Assembly: GCA_039924785.1 (NCBI GenBank)
Contig: JBDTAE010000164.1
Span: 4,101-68,100 of the forward strand
Reading direction: 5' to 3'
Length of the DNA stretch: 64,000 bases
DNA from: Gemmatimonadaceae bacterium
Lineage (GTDB): Bacteria; Gemmatimonadota; Gemmatimonadetes; Gemmatimonadales; Gemmatimonadaceae
Shown here in pieces: positions 28,643-38,774 of this stretch; within the stretch, counting starts at the first letter, position 1, and every line of letters begins with the position of its first letter. The translations under genes and the position numbers were made by a program. The notes beneath the pieces were generated by a model. The model saw only the letters and a program-made list of their open reading frames with translations, searched no databases and had not been told where the DNA came from.

Positions 28643-29863
28643 TCAGGCGAAGACCTCGAGTGCATGTTCCACTCCGGCAACGAGCGCGTCGACGTCGGCC
28701 GGCGTGTTATAGATGTAGAATGACGCACGAGCAGTCGCGACCACATTCAATCGGCGCATGAGCGGCTGCGCGCAGTGGTGTCCCGCGCGCACGCACACAC
28801 CGGCTTCGTCCAGGATCGTCGCGACGTCGTGCGGGTGAATTTCACCCACCGTAAAACTGGCGACGCCACTGCGTTCCGTCGAGGCCGGCCCGTGCACTTT
28901 CACGCCAGGCAACGACGAAAGCCGCTGCGACGCGAGCGCCGTGAGCGCTTGCTCATGACGACGAACGTTCGCCATCCCGATTCGATCGAGATACTGGCAG
29001 GCTGCGGCCAATCCCACCGCGTCGGCGACATTCGGCGTGCCCGCTTCGAACTTGTGCGGCAACACATTCCACGACGTTCGCTCGTCGCCGACGAATTCGA
29101 TCATGTCGCCGCCGGTCTGATACGGTGGCATAGTCTCGAGCAGCGCGCGCGTCCCAACAAGCACGCCGCAGCCCATCGGACCGAGCATCTTATGCCCGCT
29201 GAATGCGTAGAAATCCACGTCGAGCGAATCGATATTCAACGGCAGATGCGGCGCAGCCTGAGCTCCGTCACACACGACGACCGCTCCAACCCTTCGCGCA
29301 ATTGCGCTGAGTTCGGCGATAGGATTGATCGTGCCGAGCGCGTTGGAAACATGCCCGAACGCGACGAGCTTCGTGTGAATGCCAACAATCGACGAAAACT
29401 TGTCGACGTCAATACGACCTTCGGGCGTGATGTCGCAAATGCGCAGCACAGCGCCCGTTTCGCGAGCAATCTGCTGCCACGGGACGAAGTTGGCATGGTG
29501 CTCGAGCCCGGTCACCACGATTTCGTCGCCCGCACCGAGGTTCGCGCGCCCCCACGCCGCTGCAACGAGATTCAAAGACTCGGTCGTTCCACGTGTGAAG
29601 ATCAACCGCGCCGAATCCTTCACGCCAACGAACTTCGCGACCGTTTCGCGGGCCTCGTGATACCGCTCCGTTGCGCGCGCGGATAGCGCGTATGCGCCGC
29701 GATGCGGGTTCGCATTGTCGTGCGTGTAGTAGCGTATCATCGCATCGAGCACCGCCCGCGGCTTCTGGCTCGTCGCAGCGGAGTCGAGATAGTGCAAACC
29801 AAGATTCGCCGCGAGCAGCGGAAAATCCTGGATTGAAACCAGATCTATCGTGGCATTGGTCAT
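28643..29863 (-). CDS. sufS: Cysteine desulfurase SufS
   Basis: YLDSAATSQKP, PLP-lysine block FSGHKMLGPMG, catalytic Cys in RAGHHCAQP. The ATG at 29863 has GGAGG 4-5 nt upstream. An ATG at 29899 is also open but overlaps sufU. Confidence 0.9.
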   Translation of the reverse strand: MTNATIDLVSIQDFPLLAANLGLHYLDSAATSQKPRAVLDAMIRYYTHDNANPHRGAYALSARATERYHEARETVAKFVGVKDSARLIFTRGTTESLNLVAAAWGRANLGAGDEIVVTGLEHHANFVPWQQIARETGAVLRICDITPEGRIDVDKFSSIVGIHTKLVAFGHVSNALGTINPIAELSAIARRVGAVVVCDGAQAAPHLPLNIDSLDVDFYAFSGHKMLGPMGCGVLVGTRALLETMPPYQTGGDMIEFVGDERTSWNVLPHKFEAGTPNVADAVGLAAACQYLDRIGMANVRRHEQALTALASQRLSSLPGVKVHGPASTERSGVASFTVGEIHPHDVATILDEAGVCVRAGHHCAQPLMRRLNVVATARASFYIYNTPADVDALVAGVEHALEVFA

Positions 29864-29889
29864 CCCGCCTCCGATCGTAGACGCGCCAG

Positions 29890-30381
29890 TCACGCCCACG
29901 CGCCTTCGCCCGGCGCCCCGGTTGGATCGCTGGTCTCGGTTACGATGCGATCGTCACCATCGAGCGCGGACTTGAGCGCATGCCACGCCATGCTCGCGCA
30001 TTTTACGCGCTGCGGGAAACGGGCGACGCCACCGAAGGCACGAAGAGAGCCGAGGGATTTTTGTTCGTCTTCCGGAAGCGTGCCCTTGACGAGATTGTGA
30101 AACTTCTCGAAGACCGCAGCCGCCTCAGCGCGGGTCTTCCCCTTGACCGCCGTCGTCATGATCGACGCGGACGATTTAGAGATTGCGCATCCCTCGCCTT
30201 TGAAGCTGACGTCGGCGATCCTGTCGTCGTCGCCCCACTTCACCCACAAGGTGAGCGCGTCGCCGCACATCGGATTGCGACCCTGCACCGTGCGATCAGC
30301 ATCCGGCATCTCCCGGAAATTGCGCGGTTTCCGGTTGTGCTCGAGGATGATCTCCTGGTAAAGCGCCTCGGTGTCGCTCAC
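29890..30381 (-). CDS. sufU: SufU (NifU/IscU-like) Fe-S sulfur-transfer/scaffold protein
   Basis: GTG start. NPMCGD, GEGCAISKSSAS, RVKCASMAW cysteine ligands. Confidence 0.85.
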   Translation of the reverse strand: MSDTEALYQEIILEHNRKPRNFREMPDADRTVQGRNPMCGDALTLWVKWGDDDRIADVSFKGEGCAISKSSASIMTTAVKGKTRAEAAAVFEKFHNLVKGTLPEDEQKSLGSLRAFGGVARFPQRVKCASMAWHALKSALDGDDRIVTETSDPTGAPGEGAWA

Positions 30382-30400
30382 GATGCCGTGGCCCCGAACA

Positions 30401-31717
30401 TCACACGAATCGGTCGAGCGTCATTTCTTCGAGACCCTCGCGAACCGCGTCGACCTCGAGCGTCTCCAGCACGTCGGCACAGAACGCATACGTCAGCAAC
30501 CGCCGCGCGAGCGCATTCCCGATTCCTCGGCTCTCCAGGTAAAACAGCGCCGTGCGATCGATCTGGCCAACGGTCGCGCCGTGCGTGCACTTCACGTCGT
30601 CCGCGAAGATCTCGAGCTGCGGCTTGGTGTCGATGTGCGCCGTCTCGGACAGCAGCAGGGTGTTGTTCGTCTGCTTGCCGTCGGTCTTCTGCGCGATCGG
30701 ATGCACGTAGACCTTGCCGTTGAACACACCGTGCGACTTTCCGTCGAGCACGCCCTTGTACAACTCTCGGCTGAACGTGTTCGGCTGCGCGTGCACGACA
30801 CGCGTCTGATGGTCGCAATGCTGATCGCCGTCGAGCATATAGAGTCCGTTCAGCGTAGTGCCGGATCCTGCGCCGTCGAGCGTTGTGTACACGTTGGTGC
30901 GCGACAACGCCGCGCCGAGCGCCAGCGAGAACGAAATGAAGTGGCTGTCTTTCGCTTGGGCTGCCTCAACCGTCGCCACGTGAAACGCGTTCTCGCTCTC
31001 CCGCTGCACTTTGTAGTGCCGAAGTGTCGCACCATCGGCGACCGCGACTTCGGTCACCGCGTTCGTGAAGTACGACGCGTCGCCGAGCGACACGTAGCTC
31101 TCGATCACGGTCGCTTTCGCGTTGCGGCCCACCAGAATCAGGTTGCGCGGGTGCATCATCCCGTTCGCCGCCGCCGCGTCGGTGACGAAGAGAATGTGAA
31201 TCGGTGTCTCGACGTCGACGTCCTTCCCGATCTGCAGCACCGCGCCGTCGTGCATAAACGCGGCATTCAACGCCGTGAAGGCTGCGTCGTCGTAGCTCGT
31301 GATCCGACCCACACGGTCGACGACATGGGGCGCGTCGGTCCACGACGATGCGAGATCTCTAACCAAAACACCTTTGGGCAGCGCAGAAACGTTCGAAAGC
31401 GACGGCGAGAATTGGCCGTTTACGAAGACCATGGTGTGCCAATCAGTCGCGCCGAAGCCAAATTGCGCGAGCTGTTCCATGGTCACCGACGGTGCACCGC
31501 CGCCATCGAGCAGCGAAAACTCCCGATCGGCGATCGCCGCCGGACTCGTATAGTGCCAGTCCTCGTTCTTCGTGGTGGGGAAGCCGAGCGCGCTGAATCG
31601 CTCGAACGCCGCGCGGCGCATCGACTGCACCCACGAGGGTGCGCCGTTCCCCGCACGCTCGTCGAACGCCGACACGTACGAATCCATTGCCGAGTCAGGA
31701 GCAACCGACGTCGTCAC
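30401..31717 (-). CDS. sufD: Fe-S cluster assembly protein SufD
   Basis: 438 aa. GTG start overlaps the sufC stop (GTGA). C-terminal beta-helix blocks (...KPQLEIFADDVKCTHGATVGQID...LFYLESRGI). Confidence 0.9.
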   Translation of the reverse strand: MTTSVAPDSAMDSYVSAFDERAGNGAPSWVQSMRRAAFERFSALGFPTTKNEDWHYTSPAAIADREFSLLDGGGAPSVTMEQLAQFGFGATDWHTMVFVNGQFSPSLSNVSALPKGVLVRDLASSWTDAPHVVDRVGRITSYDDAAFTALNAAFMHDGAVLQIGKDVDVETPIHILFVTDAAAANGMMHPRNLILVGRNAKATVIESYVSLGDASYFTNAVTEVAVADGATLRHYKVQRESENAFHVATVEAAQAKDSHFISFSLALGAALSRTNVYTTLDGAGSGTTLNGLYMLDGDQHCDHQTRVVHAQPNTFSRELYKGVLDGKSHGVFNGKVYVHPIAQKTDGKQTNNTLLLSETAHIDTKPQLEIFADDVKCTHGATVGQIDRTALFYLESRGIGNALARRLLTYAFCADVLETLEVDAVREGLEEMTLDRFV

Positions 31718-32490
31718 GCCCCGGCTCCAACCGCCGCCTGCGCCGGCGACGTGACCCAGTCGTACCCTTTCTCCTCGAGCTCCAGCGCCAACTTCTTGCC
31801 GCCCGACTTCACGATGCGCCCGCCGACCAGCACGTGCACGAAATCCGGGACGATGTAATTGAGCAAACGCTGATAGTGCGTGACGACGATCGTCGCGTTG
31901 TCGGGCCGCTTGAGCGCGTTTACGCCGTCGGCGACGATCCGCAACGCGTCGATGTCGAGGCCGGAGTCGGTCTCGTCGAGAATCGCCAACCTGGGCGACA
32001 ACACCGCCATCTGAAGAATTTCATTGCGCTTTTTTTCACCACCGGAGAAGCCGGCGTTCACCGAGCGCGTGAGCATGGCCGAATCCATCTCGACGAGCTT
32101 GAGCTTCTCTTCCATGATGTCGGCAAACTCGAGCGGGTCGATCTCCTCATCGCCGTGCGCTTTGCGGATCTCGTTGTACGCCGCGCGCAGAAAATACGCG
32201 TTCGACACACCGGGAATCTCGACGGGATACTGAAACGCGAGGAACACGCCCTTCTGGGCGCGCACCTCCGCCGCCATCGCAAGCAAGTCGTTGCCGTCGT
32301 ACGACACTGACCCGCCGGTGACCTCGTACGCCGGGTTGCCCGCGAGCACCTGGGCCAGCGTGCTCTTGCCGGAACCGTTCGGACCCATGACCGCGTGCAC
32401 TTCGCCCGCATTCACGGTGAGACTCAAGCCCTTCAAGATTGCTTTATCCGCGACAGTCGCGCGAAGCTCGTTGATTTCTAATAGTGACAT
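31714..32490 (-). CDS. sufC: Fe-S cluster assembly ATPase SufC
   Basis: ATG at 32490. GPNGSGKST, GFSGGEKKRNEI, LAILDETDSGLD. Confidence 0.95.
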   Translation of the reverse strand: MSLLEINELRATVADKAILKGLSLTVNAGEVHAVMGPNGSGKSTLAQVLAGNPAYEVTGGSVSYDGNDLLAMAAEVRAQKGVFLAFQYPVEIPGVSNAYFLRAAYNEIRKAHGDEEIDPLEFADIMEEKLKLVEMDSAMLTRSVNAGFSGGEKKRNEILQMAVLSPRLAILDETDSGLDIDALRIVADGVNALKRPDNATIVVTHYQRLLNYIVPDFVHVLVGGRIVKSGGKKLALELEEKGYDWVTSPAQAAVGAGA

Positions 32491-32494
32491 TGAA

Positions 32495-33928
32495 TTATCC
32501 GACGCTTCCCTCGAGCGTGATTCCGAGCAGCGCCTGAGCCTCGAGCGCAAACTCCATCGGAAGCTCCTTGAACACTTCCTTGCAGAACCCACTCACGATC
32601 ATCGACACGGCCTGTTCCGCGCTGAGACCGCGCTGCTTCAAATAGAAAATCTGGTCTTCACCGATCTTCGACGTCGACGCCTCATGCTCGACGATCGCCG
32701 TGTTGTTCCCGACCTCGATGTACGGGAACGTGTGCGCGCCGCAGCGATTGCCGACCAGCATCGAATCACACTGCGTGTAATTCCGCGCACCGCTCGCTTT
32801 CGGCAGCACGTGCACGCGGCCGCGATATGAATTCTGTCCCTCACCCGCCGAAATGCCCTTGCTGACGATCGTCGATCGCGTGTTGCGACCGATGTGAATC
32901 ATCTTCGTGCCCGTGTCGGCCTGCTGCTTGTTGTTGACGACAGCCACGCTGTAGAACTCGCCAACCGCGTTGTCGCCTTGGAGAATCACGCTCGGATATT
33001 TCCACGTGATCGCGGAGCCGGTCTCGACCTGCGTCCACGAAATCTTCGCGTCTTCAGCGGCCTTGCCGCGCTTGGTGACGAAGTTGTAGATGCCGCCGTT
33101 GCCTTCCTTGTCGCCGGCATACCAGTTCTGCACGGTCGAGTACTTGATCGTCGCGCCCTTGAGCGCCACGAGCTCGACGACAGCCGCATGCAGTTGATTC
33201 GTGCTGCGCTTCGGCGCCGTGCAGCCCTCGAGGTAGCTGACGTACGAACCCTCGTCTGCGACGATGAGCGTTCTCTCAAACTGTCCGGTGTCCGCCGAAT
33301 TGATGCGGAAATACGTCGACAGCTCGATCGGGCAGCGCACGCCTTTCGGCACGTACACGAACGAACCGTCGGAGAAGACGGCGCTGTTCAACGCGGCGAA
33401 ATAGTTATCGCTATACGGCACCACGGAGCCGAGGTATTTCTCGACGAGCTCGGGGTGCTCGCGCAACGCTTCGCCGAACGAGCAGAAGATGATGCCGTAC
33501 TTCGACAGCTCGCTCCGCATCGTGGTGCCGACGGAGACCGAGTCGAAGATGGCGTCGACCGCGACCCCCGACAGCATCTTCTGTTCGAGAAGTGGAATGC
33601 CAAGCTTCTCATACGTCTTGAGAAGCTCCGGATCCACGTCGTCCAGGCTACCGAGCGGTTTGGCGGTTTTCGGCGCGGAGTAGTAGCTGATGCCCTGGTA
33701 GTCGATCGCCGGATACTTCACGTTCTGCCAATGCGGCTCCTTCATCGTCAGCCAGCGTCGATAGGCCTTGAGGCGCCACTCCACCATGAAGGCCGGCTCG
33801 GTCTTCTTCGCCGAAATCGCCCGAACGACGCTCTCGCTCAATCCGGGCGGAAACGTGTCCGACTCGATGTCGGTCACGAAGCCGTGCTGATACTCTCGGC
33901 TAATCAGGGTCTCGATCGAGCTACTCAT
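32495..33928 (-). CDS. sufB: Fe-S cluster assembly scaffold SufB
   Basis: 477 aa. Conserved SufB blocks (...YVPKGVRCP..., TWKYPS..L.G, KPQLEI-type, [20 protein letters not shown]). Confidence 0.95.
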   Translation of the reverse strand: MSSSIETLISREYQHGFVTDIESDTFPPGLSESVVRAISAKKTEPAFMVEWRLKAYRRWLTMKEPHWQNVKYPAIDYQGISYYSAPKTAKPLGSLDDVDPELLKTYEKLGIPLLEQKMLSGVAVDAIFDSVSVGTTMRSELSKYGIIFCSFGEALREHPELVEKYLGSVVPYSDNYFAALNSAVFSDGSFVYVPKGVRCPIELSTYFRINSADTGQFERTLIVADEGSYVSYLEGCTAPKRSTNQLHAAVVELVALKGATIKYSTVQNWYAGDKEGNGGIYNFVTKRGKAAEDAKISWTQVETGSAITWKYPSVILQGDNAVGEFYSVAVVNNKQQADTGTKMIHIGRNTRSTIVSKGISAGEGQNSYRGRVHVLPKASGARNYTQCDSMLVGNRCGAHTFPYIEVGNNTAIVEHEASTSKIGEDQIFYLKQRGLSAEQAVSMIVSGFCKEVFKELPMEFALEAQALLGITLEGSVG

Positions 33929-34064
33929 GCGTCCAACTCTTTGGCCTTGAACCGGTTACCGGTCGGCGGAGACACCGCCGCCGCGCGATCCCGGCGAGAC
34001 TTCAGCCCGAGGATCCGCTAAGCAGATGAATTTAGTCGGGTTTAACCGGCAATGGCTAGTACCG

Positions 34065-34871
34065 CTACGGACTCGTGGTCCAATTGAGCAGATGCCACAT
34101 GTAGATGATGAAGCAGATGAACGCCAAAATGCCGACAATGACGATGAGCGGAACCGTCGCGCTTTCGGCATCCGCGCCGTCCTCATCCACGACCCATTCG
34201 GTGGCGATCGTCGGCTTTCTGGTCGTCTCGTCATTCTCGCCGGCATGCTCCGGCGCCACCTCGACGCCAGGCGGAAGCGGCGCGTGGGTGAATTCGAAAA
34301 TCGTAAATGCGATTTCGACCAGGTCCCCGTCGCGAAGGAGCGCGGGCTCCTTCATCAGACGACCATTCAACACGGTCCCAGCGGATCCCATGGAGTGCAG
34401 CGCGAAGCCGCCGGCTTCGCGCCGAATGTCCGCATGAAAACGCGATGCCGTTGGGTTCCGGATGACGATATCGTTCGACGCATCGCGCCCAATCGAAGTC
34501 GACCTATGGCTCAATGGATGAGCGACTCCGGCGCGTTCTTCGATCAGGTAGGCGTCCGCCACGCGCGTTGCCTCCGCCCCGATCACACGGGGAGACTTCT
34601 CGCTAAACACGAACCGGGCGATCCCCGCGGCAATGACGTCGCCGTCGACGAGAATACGAGGCTCGTTGTGAAGCTGCGTTGTGCCCACGACGACGACGCT
34701 CTCGTGCATGAACGGCCGCACCACAACACGATCCTCGACCACGTTGACCGCAAAATGGCGCGGCATCAGATCCGCCGTCTCGACGCGCCAGTTGGCCTCC
34801 GGCCCGCTGCCGACGACGGTTTCGCCCTCGCGTAGCTCGTACGTCAACGTGCCGACTGAAAGCCACGCCAT
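34065..34871 (-). CDS. Membrane-anchored double-FHA-domain protein
   Basis: The second domain has canonical FHA residues (IGRDASNDIVI..., ASRFHA, TVLNG, GDLVEI). The first domain is degenerate. C-terminal TM helix PLIVIVGILAFICFIIYMW. The ATG directly abuts the stop of the upstream FAD-subunit gene. Confidence 0.8.
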   Translation of the reverse strand: MAWLSVGTLTYELREGETVVGSGPEANWRVETADLMPRHFAVNVVEDRVVVRPFMHESVVVVGTTQLHNEPRILVDGDVIAAGIARFVFSEKSPRVIGAEATRVADAYLIEERAGVAHPLSHRSTSIGRDASNDIVIRNPTASRFHADIRREAGGFALHSMGSAGTVLNGRLMKEPALLRDGDLVEIAFTIFEFTHAPLPPGVEVAPEHAGENDETTRKPTIATEWVVDEDGADAESATVPLIVIVGILAFICFIIYMWHLLNWTTSP

Positions 34872-35876
34872 TTACGCGAGCTCCCGAATGACTTGCCGAA
34901 GCAGCGATCCCGCCAAGTCGACCTTGTACCCATTCTTCGACAACGGACGCGCGTCGTACAGCGCACGCTCGGCGAGCGTCTCGATGACGTCGTCGTCCAA
35001 GCCCCCCGACGACACGTCCTCTTCGATCGAGGTGTTCACGCGCCATGGGCGCGGCGCCACACCGCCCATGACGATTCTCACATCGCCGTTTTGTCGCTTG
35101 CAGCCGGCGATGCTGACGAGCGCAAAATCCCAGGCCTCGCGCTGCATGAGTTTGTGATAGTGCTGGGCTCCACCCGCCGCAGCCACCGGAAGAATCACCG
35201 CCGAGACGAATTCATCCTGCTCGAGAACCGTTTCGCGGTCGGCCCGGTGGCCCGGCAGAATATAAAATTCACTCATTGGAACACGCTGGAGGCGGTTCAT
35301 TGAAGCAATCTCGACCACCGCGTCAACTGCCGCCAGAGCAACGGCAGGGTCCGACGGATGCACGGCGTAGCATGGACCGCCGTCGAGGATCGCGAGATAT
35401 TGGTTCTCGCCGGCAAACGCGGGGCACGAAATGCCCCCGCTCTTGAGACACGACACACCACGCCGGAAGTACCAGCATCGTGGACGCTGGCACAGATTGC
35501 CGCCCAGCGTCCCGCTGTTGCGAAGCGCCGGCGTGCCGACCGCATCGCAGGCCTGCGCAAGAACGCCGAATCGTTCACGGATCAGTTGATTGCGCGCGAG
35601 CGCGGCAAGGCTCACGGAGGCGTCAATGCGAACGCTCCCATCGGCCAGCTCGGTGATCGTTCCCCCCGCGCCATTCGGGATGCCGCGCAGATCAACGAGT
35701 GTTTGCGGCCGAACGATTTCTTCGGCAATCGATACGAGCAAGTCCGTTCCGCCGCCGAGTGCAACGGCGCCGGGCTCGGCAAGATGCCGAGCCGCGTCGT
35801 CGCTCGAAACTGCCCGGTGGTAAGAGAATGGAGTTGTCACGGAGATAAAAAAGGCGAGACCGGTCGGTCCCGCCAT
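34872..35876 (-). CDS. FAD-binding subunit (CoxM/XdhB-like) of a xanthine dehydrogenase-family molybdenum hydroxylase
   Basis: FSYHRAVS..., GGGTDLL, RNSGTLGGNL FAD_binding_5 motifs plus a CO-dehydrogenase flavoprotein C-terminal domain. The start is uncertain (ATG 35876 or GTG 35840). Confidence 0.85.
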   Translation of the reverse strand: MAGPTGLAFFISVTTPFSYHRAVSSDDAARHLAEPGAVALGGGTDLLVSIAEEIVRPQTLVDLRGIPNGAGGTITELADGSVRIDASVSLAALARNQLIRERFGVLAQACDAVGTPALRNSGTLGGNLCQRPRCWYFRRGVSCLKSGGISCPAFAGENQYLAILDGGPCYAVHPSDPAVALAAVDAVVEIASMNRLQRVPMSEFYILPGHRADRETVLEQDEFVSAVILPVAAAGGAQHYHKLMQREAWDFALVSIAGCKRQNGDVRIVMGGVAPRPWRVNTSIEEDVSSGGLDDDVIETLAERALYDARPLSKNGYKVDLAGSLLRQVIRELA

Positions 35877-35929
35877 AGCGTTTTAATCGATTCTTACGAA
35901 TCCGCCCTTGCGAGCTCGGACGAGCGCTC

Positions 35930-36109
35930 CTACTTGACCATGCCGCCCGAGCCGCCGACCCACGATACGTCAGTGGGATTCTTGTAGGACTTGTTGTGGA
36001 TGTAGGTCGCGGTAGCTATGCAGACGGCGGCGAGGAATATGACGAAGGTCGCGAATCCCCACCCGCCATTCGTATCTGCTCGAACGAAACGATCCTTGTG
36101 CGGCGCCAT
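35930..36109 (-). CDS. Small single-pass membrane protein, hypothetical
   Basis: 59 aa from the ATG at 36109, with AAGGAA upstream. One TM helix (WGFATFVIFLAAVCIATATYI). Heads the minus-strand run leading to the FAD subunit and the FHA gene. Confidence 0.45.
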   Translation of the reverse strand: MAPHKDRFVRADTNGGWGFATFVIFLAAVCIATATYIHNKSYKNPTDVSWVGGSGGMVK

Positions 36110-36296
36110 CGAGATTCCTTTGAGTCTTTTTTGAAACGAGCGGTGTACTGGACCGCGACGACGGGAATATAGCAGACACTGATATCGTCGGGAATACGTA
36201 TAGAAATCGTGTTTTCGACAACCATTGATTCCCTGGCATTGTCTCAGTGGTGACCGGGCCACACGACGGGGCGCCGGCGGCTTCAACGCATTTGAC

Positions 36297-38747
36297 GTGA
36301 CTGTTCTCCGAGACGAACTGCAGCGTACGCTGGGCAGCGCCTACACCCTCGAGCGGGAGCTGGGAGGTGGAGGGATGTCGACGGTGTTCGTCGCCCGAGA
36401 CACCGCGCTCGGGCGTGCAGTAGTAGTAAAGGTTTTGCCGTACGAGCTTGCGGCTTCCGTCTCCGTTGACCGGTTCAAACGTGAGATCATGCTGTCAGCA
36501 GCGCTACAGCATCCGCACATCGTGCCAGTCTTGAGCGCCGGCGAGGCTGACGGACTGCCTTTCTTCATCATGCCCTTCGTCGAGGGTGAGTCGCTCAGGG
36601 CCAGGCTCGCCCGCGGGCCGCTCTCCGTTCGAGAGGCCGTCAGCATTCTCAAAGACGTCGCCCGCGCGCTCGTATACGCACACGGTCGAGGCATCATCCA
36701 TCGCGACATCAAACCCGACAACATCCTCCTTTCGGGAGGATCCGCCACGGTCACCGACTTTGGCGTCGCCAAGGCCGTCGCCGTATCGCGCGGACGAGAA
36801 CGCCTATCCGCTCCCGGACACTCCGGCACCATTACGATGGTTGGGACGTCTATCGGAACACCGGCATACATGGCCCCAGAGCAAGCCGCCGGCGATCCGA
36901 ACACCGACCAGCGCGCCGACCTCTACGCGCTCGGCATTGTCGGATACGAGATGTTGGTCGGAACACCACCCTTCCACGGACGCGCGCCGCAGCAACTGCT
37001 CGCCGCGCAACTCACCGAGCCACCGCCGCCGATCGGCTCGCGCCGATACGACGTCCCGCAGGCGCTCTCCGCGCTGATCATGAAGCTGCTCGAGAAAGAC
37101 CCGGGCAACCGACCGCGCCAGGCCGCCGACGTCGCCCGAACGCTCGAAGATCCCACCGTCGTCAGCGGAACCTACGCGTCCGCGACGATGCCTCGCGCCA
37201 CCAAGCCGAAACGCGTGTTGTGGGCACTGGCCGGCGCTGGAATTCTCGCGTCGATCGCCGCAGGCGGGGCCTGGTTCAACAATCGAAAAGCCGAACCGAC
37301 CAATCCCGGCGCGGACGGCGTTCCCGCCCTGGCGGTCGCATCGACCAAATCGATCGCCGTGATGTCGCTCGTGAATCTCAGCCGCGATACGAGTGACGCC
37401 TACTTCGCCGCGGGCATGACCGCCGAGGTGTCGAGTGCGCTGAGCCGAATTCCGGGACTGCGCGTTGCAACGAACGATCGCAATGCAACCGATCAACCGA
37501 CCAGCCCCGCGGAAATCGGAAAGGCGCTGAACGTCAATATGGTGTTGATGGGCACCGTGCAGCGCGACAAGACGCGGCTGCGCGTCACCGCCCGCCTCGT
37601 GAACACGTCGGACGGCTTCACCGTATGGTCGGACATGTTCGAGCGGGAGGCGAAAGACGTGTTCGCCGTGCAGGATGAGATCTCGAATGCGATCATCGCC
37701 GCGATTTCGCCCGAGCTCACCACCGCACCGGCGGTGGCCTCCACCGCCGCGGCGGAGAATCACGGAACGAACGATCTTCAAGCGTACGACCTCTATCTTC
37801 GCGGCCACTACTTCTTTGAGCGGCGCGGTGAAACGGGCCTTCGTCGCGCGCTCGACTATTACGAGCAAGCGTCGCGCAAAGACTCGATGTTCGCGCGCGC
37901 GTACGCAGGAATCGCGAATGTCTACGCACTCCTGCCGCTCTACGCGAACCTTCGGATCGACTCGGTAATGCCGGTCGCCTTGGTCGCGGCAAATCACGCG
38001 GTACGACTCGACAGCACGCTCGCCGACGCGTTCGCGGCTCGCGCGTCGTTGCTGCAGGCAGACTGGAAGTTTGCCGACGCCGAGCGAGACTACCTCCGCG
38101 CGTTGAAGCTCGATCCGAATTCGGCGGCGATCCATCAGTGGTACGGTGAGCTGCTGCTCTTGAACGGCCGCATGCGCGATGCGCAGATGCAGCTTCGCCG
38201 CGCAACGGAGCTCGATCGACTGTCGCCGATCGCCTTCGGATCGTACGGACTTGGACTGGCCGCGAGTCGGCGCTCCGATTCGGCGATCGTAGCCGCAAAG
38301 CGGGCCGTCGAGCTCGACTCTACGCTCGTCGTCGCCCGGTTCATGCTCGGCAGCGTGTACCTCGAAGCGGGCAAACTGCCGGAAGCCACGGCACAACTCG
38401 AGGCGGCCGCAGCGCTGGACTCCGGCTCCGTTCCGACGATGAGTCTGTTGGGATACGCATATGCGAAGGCGGGCAATCCGACACACGCGTCGGAGATCGC
38501 AAGATCGCTCGAAACGAGTATTGGCAAGACCAGCGGTGCGGCTGCGGCGGCCGCACGCGTTTACATCGGACTTGGCGATTTGACGCGCGCGCAGTCCTTG
38601 CTTGAACGCGCGGCGGCGGATCACGACGTATTTTTCTCCAGCGAATCCCTGGTCGAGGGTTTTTTCGATCCGATTCGGGGTACGCCATGGTTCGCGGCGC
38701 TGGTGAAACGGGTTGGCCTCGATGATCGCGTGACGTTAAAACAGTAG
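36297..38747 (+). CDS. Ser/Thr protein kinase with TM segment and C-terminal TPR region (paralog of 5073-8162)
   Basis: GGGGMSTVF, HRDIKPDNILL, TDFGVAK, YMAPEQ, then TPR repeats. GTG 36297 is chosen by alignment with the paralog N-terminus (MELRDQLES... vs VTVLRDELQ...). The open frame begins at TTG 36225. Confidence 0.85.
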   Translation: MTVLRDELQRTLGSAYTLERELGGGGMSTVFVARDTALGRAVVVKVLPYELAASVSVDRFKREIMLSAALQHPHIVPVLSAGEADGLPFFIMPFVEGESLRARLARGPLSVREAVSILKDVARALVYAHGRGIIHRDIKPDNILLSGGSATVTDFGVAKAVAVSRGRERLSAPGHSGTITMVGTSIGTPAYMAPEQAAGDPNTDQRADLYALGIVGYEMLVGTPPFHGRAPQQLLAAQLTEPPPPIGSRRYDVPQALSALIMKLLEKDPGNRPRQAADVARTLEDPTVVSGTYASATMPRATKPKRVLWALAGAGILASIAAGGAWFNNRKAEPTNPGADGVPALAVASTKSIAVMSLVNLSRDTSDAYFAAGMTAEVSSALSRIPGLRVATNDRNATDQPTSPAEIGKALNVNMVLMGTVQRDKTRLRVTARLVNTSDGFTVWSDMFEREAKDVFAVQDEISNAIIAAISPELTTAPAVASTAAAENHGTNDLQAYDLYLRGHYFFERRGETGLRRALDYYEQASRKDSMFARAYAGIANVYALLPLYANLRIDSVMPVALVAANHAVRLDSTLADAFAARASLLQADWKFADAERDYLRALKLDPNSAAIHQWYGELLLLNGRMRDAQMQLRRATELDRLSPIAFGSYGLGLAASRRSDSAIVAAKRAVELDSTLVVARFMLGSVYLEAGKLPEATAQLEAAAALDSGSVPTMSLLGYAYAKAGNPTHASEIARSLETSIGKTSGAAAAAARVYIGLGDLTRAQSLLERAAADHDVFFSSESLVEGFFDPIRGTPWFAALVKRVGLDDRVTLKQ

Positions 38748-38774
38748 ACCTCAACCAACGAGCGCTTCAACGAC

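Noticed and set aside
29864-29899. Longer SufS start at ATG 29899
   Set aside because: It would overlap sufU by 10 nt and add a Gly-rich extension (MGVTGASTIGGG). The ATG at 29863 has a GGAGG Shine-Dalgarno sequence at ideal spacing. I kept 29863 but the longer form cannot be excluded.
33956-34246. 96-aa minus-strand ORF upstream of sufB that might have been a small regulator
   Set aside because: It overlaps the well-supported FHA gene in another frame, has an Arg/Ser-rich composition, and shows no helix-turn-helix-like segment.
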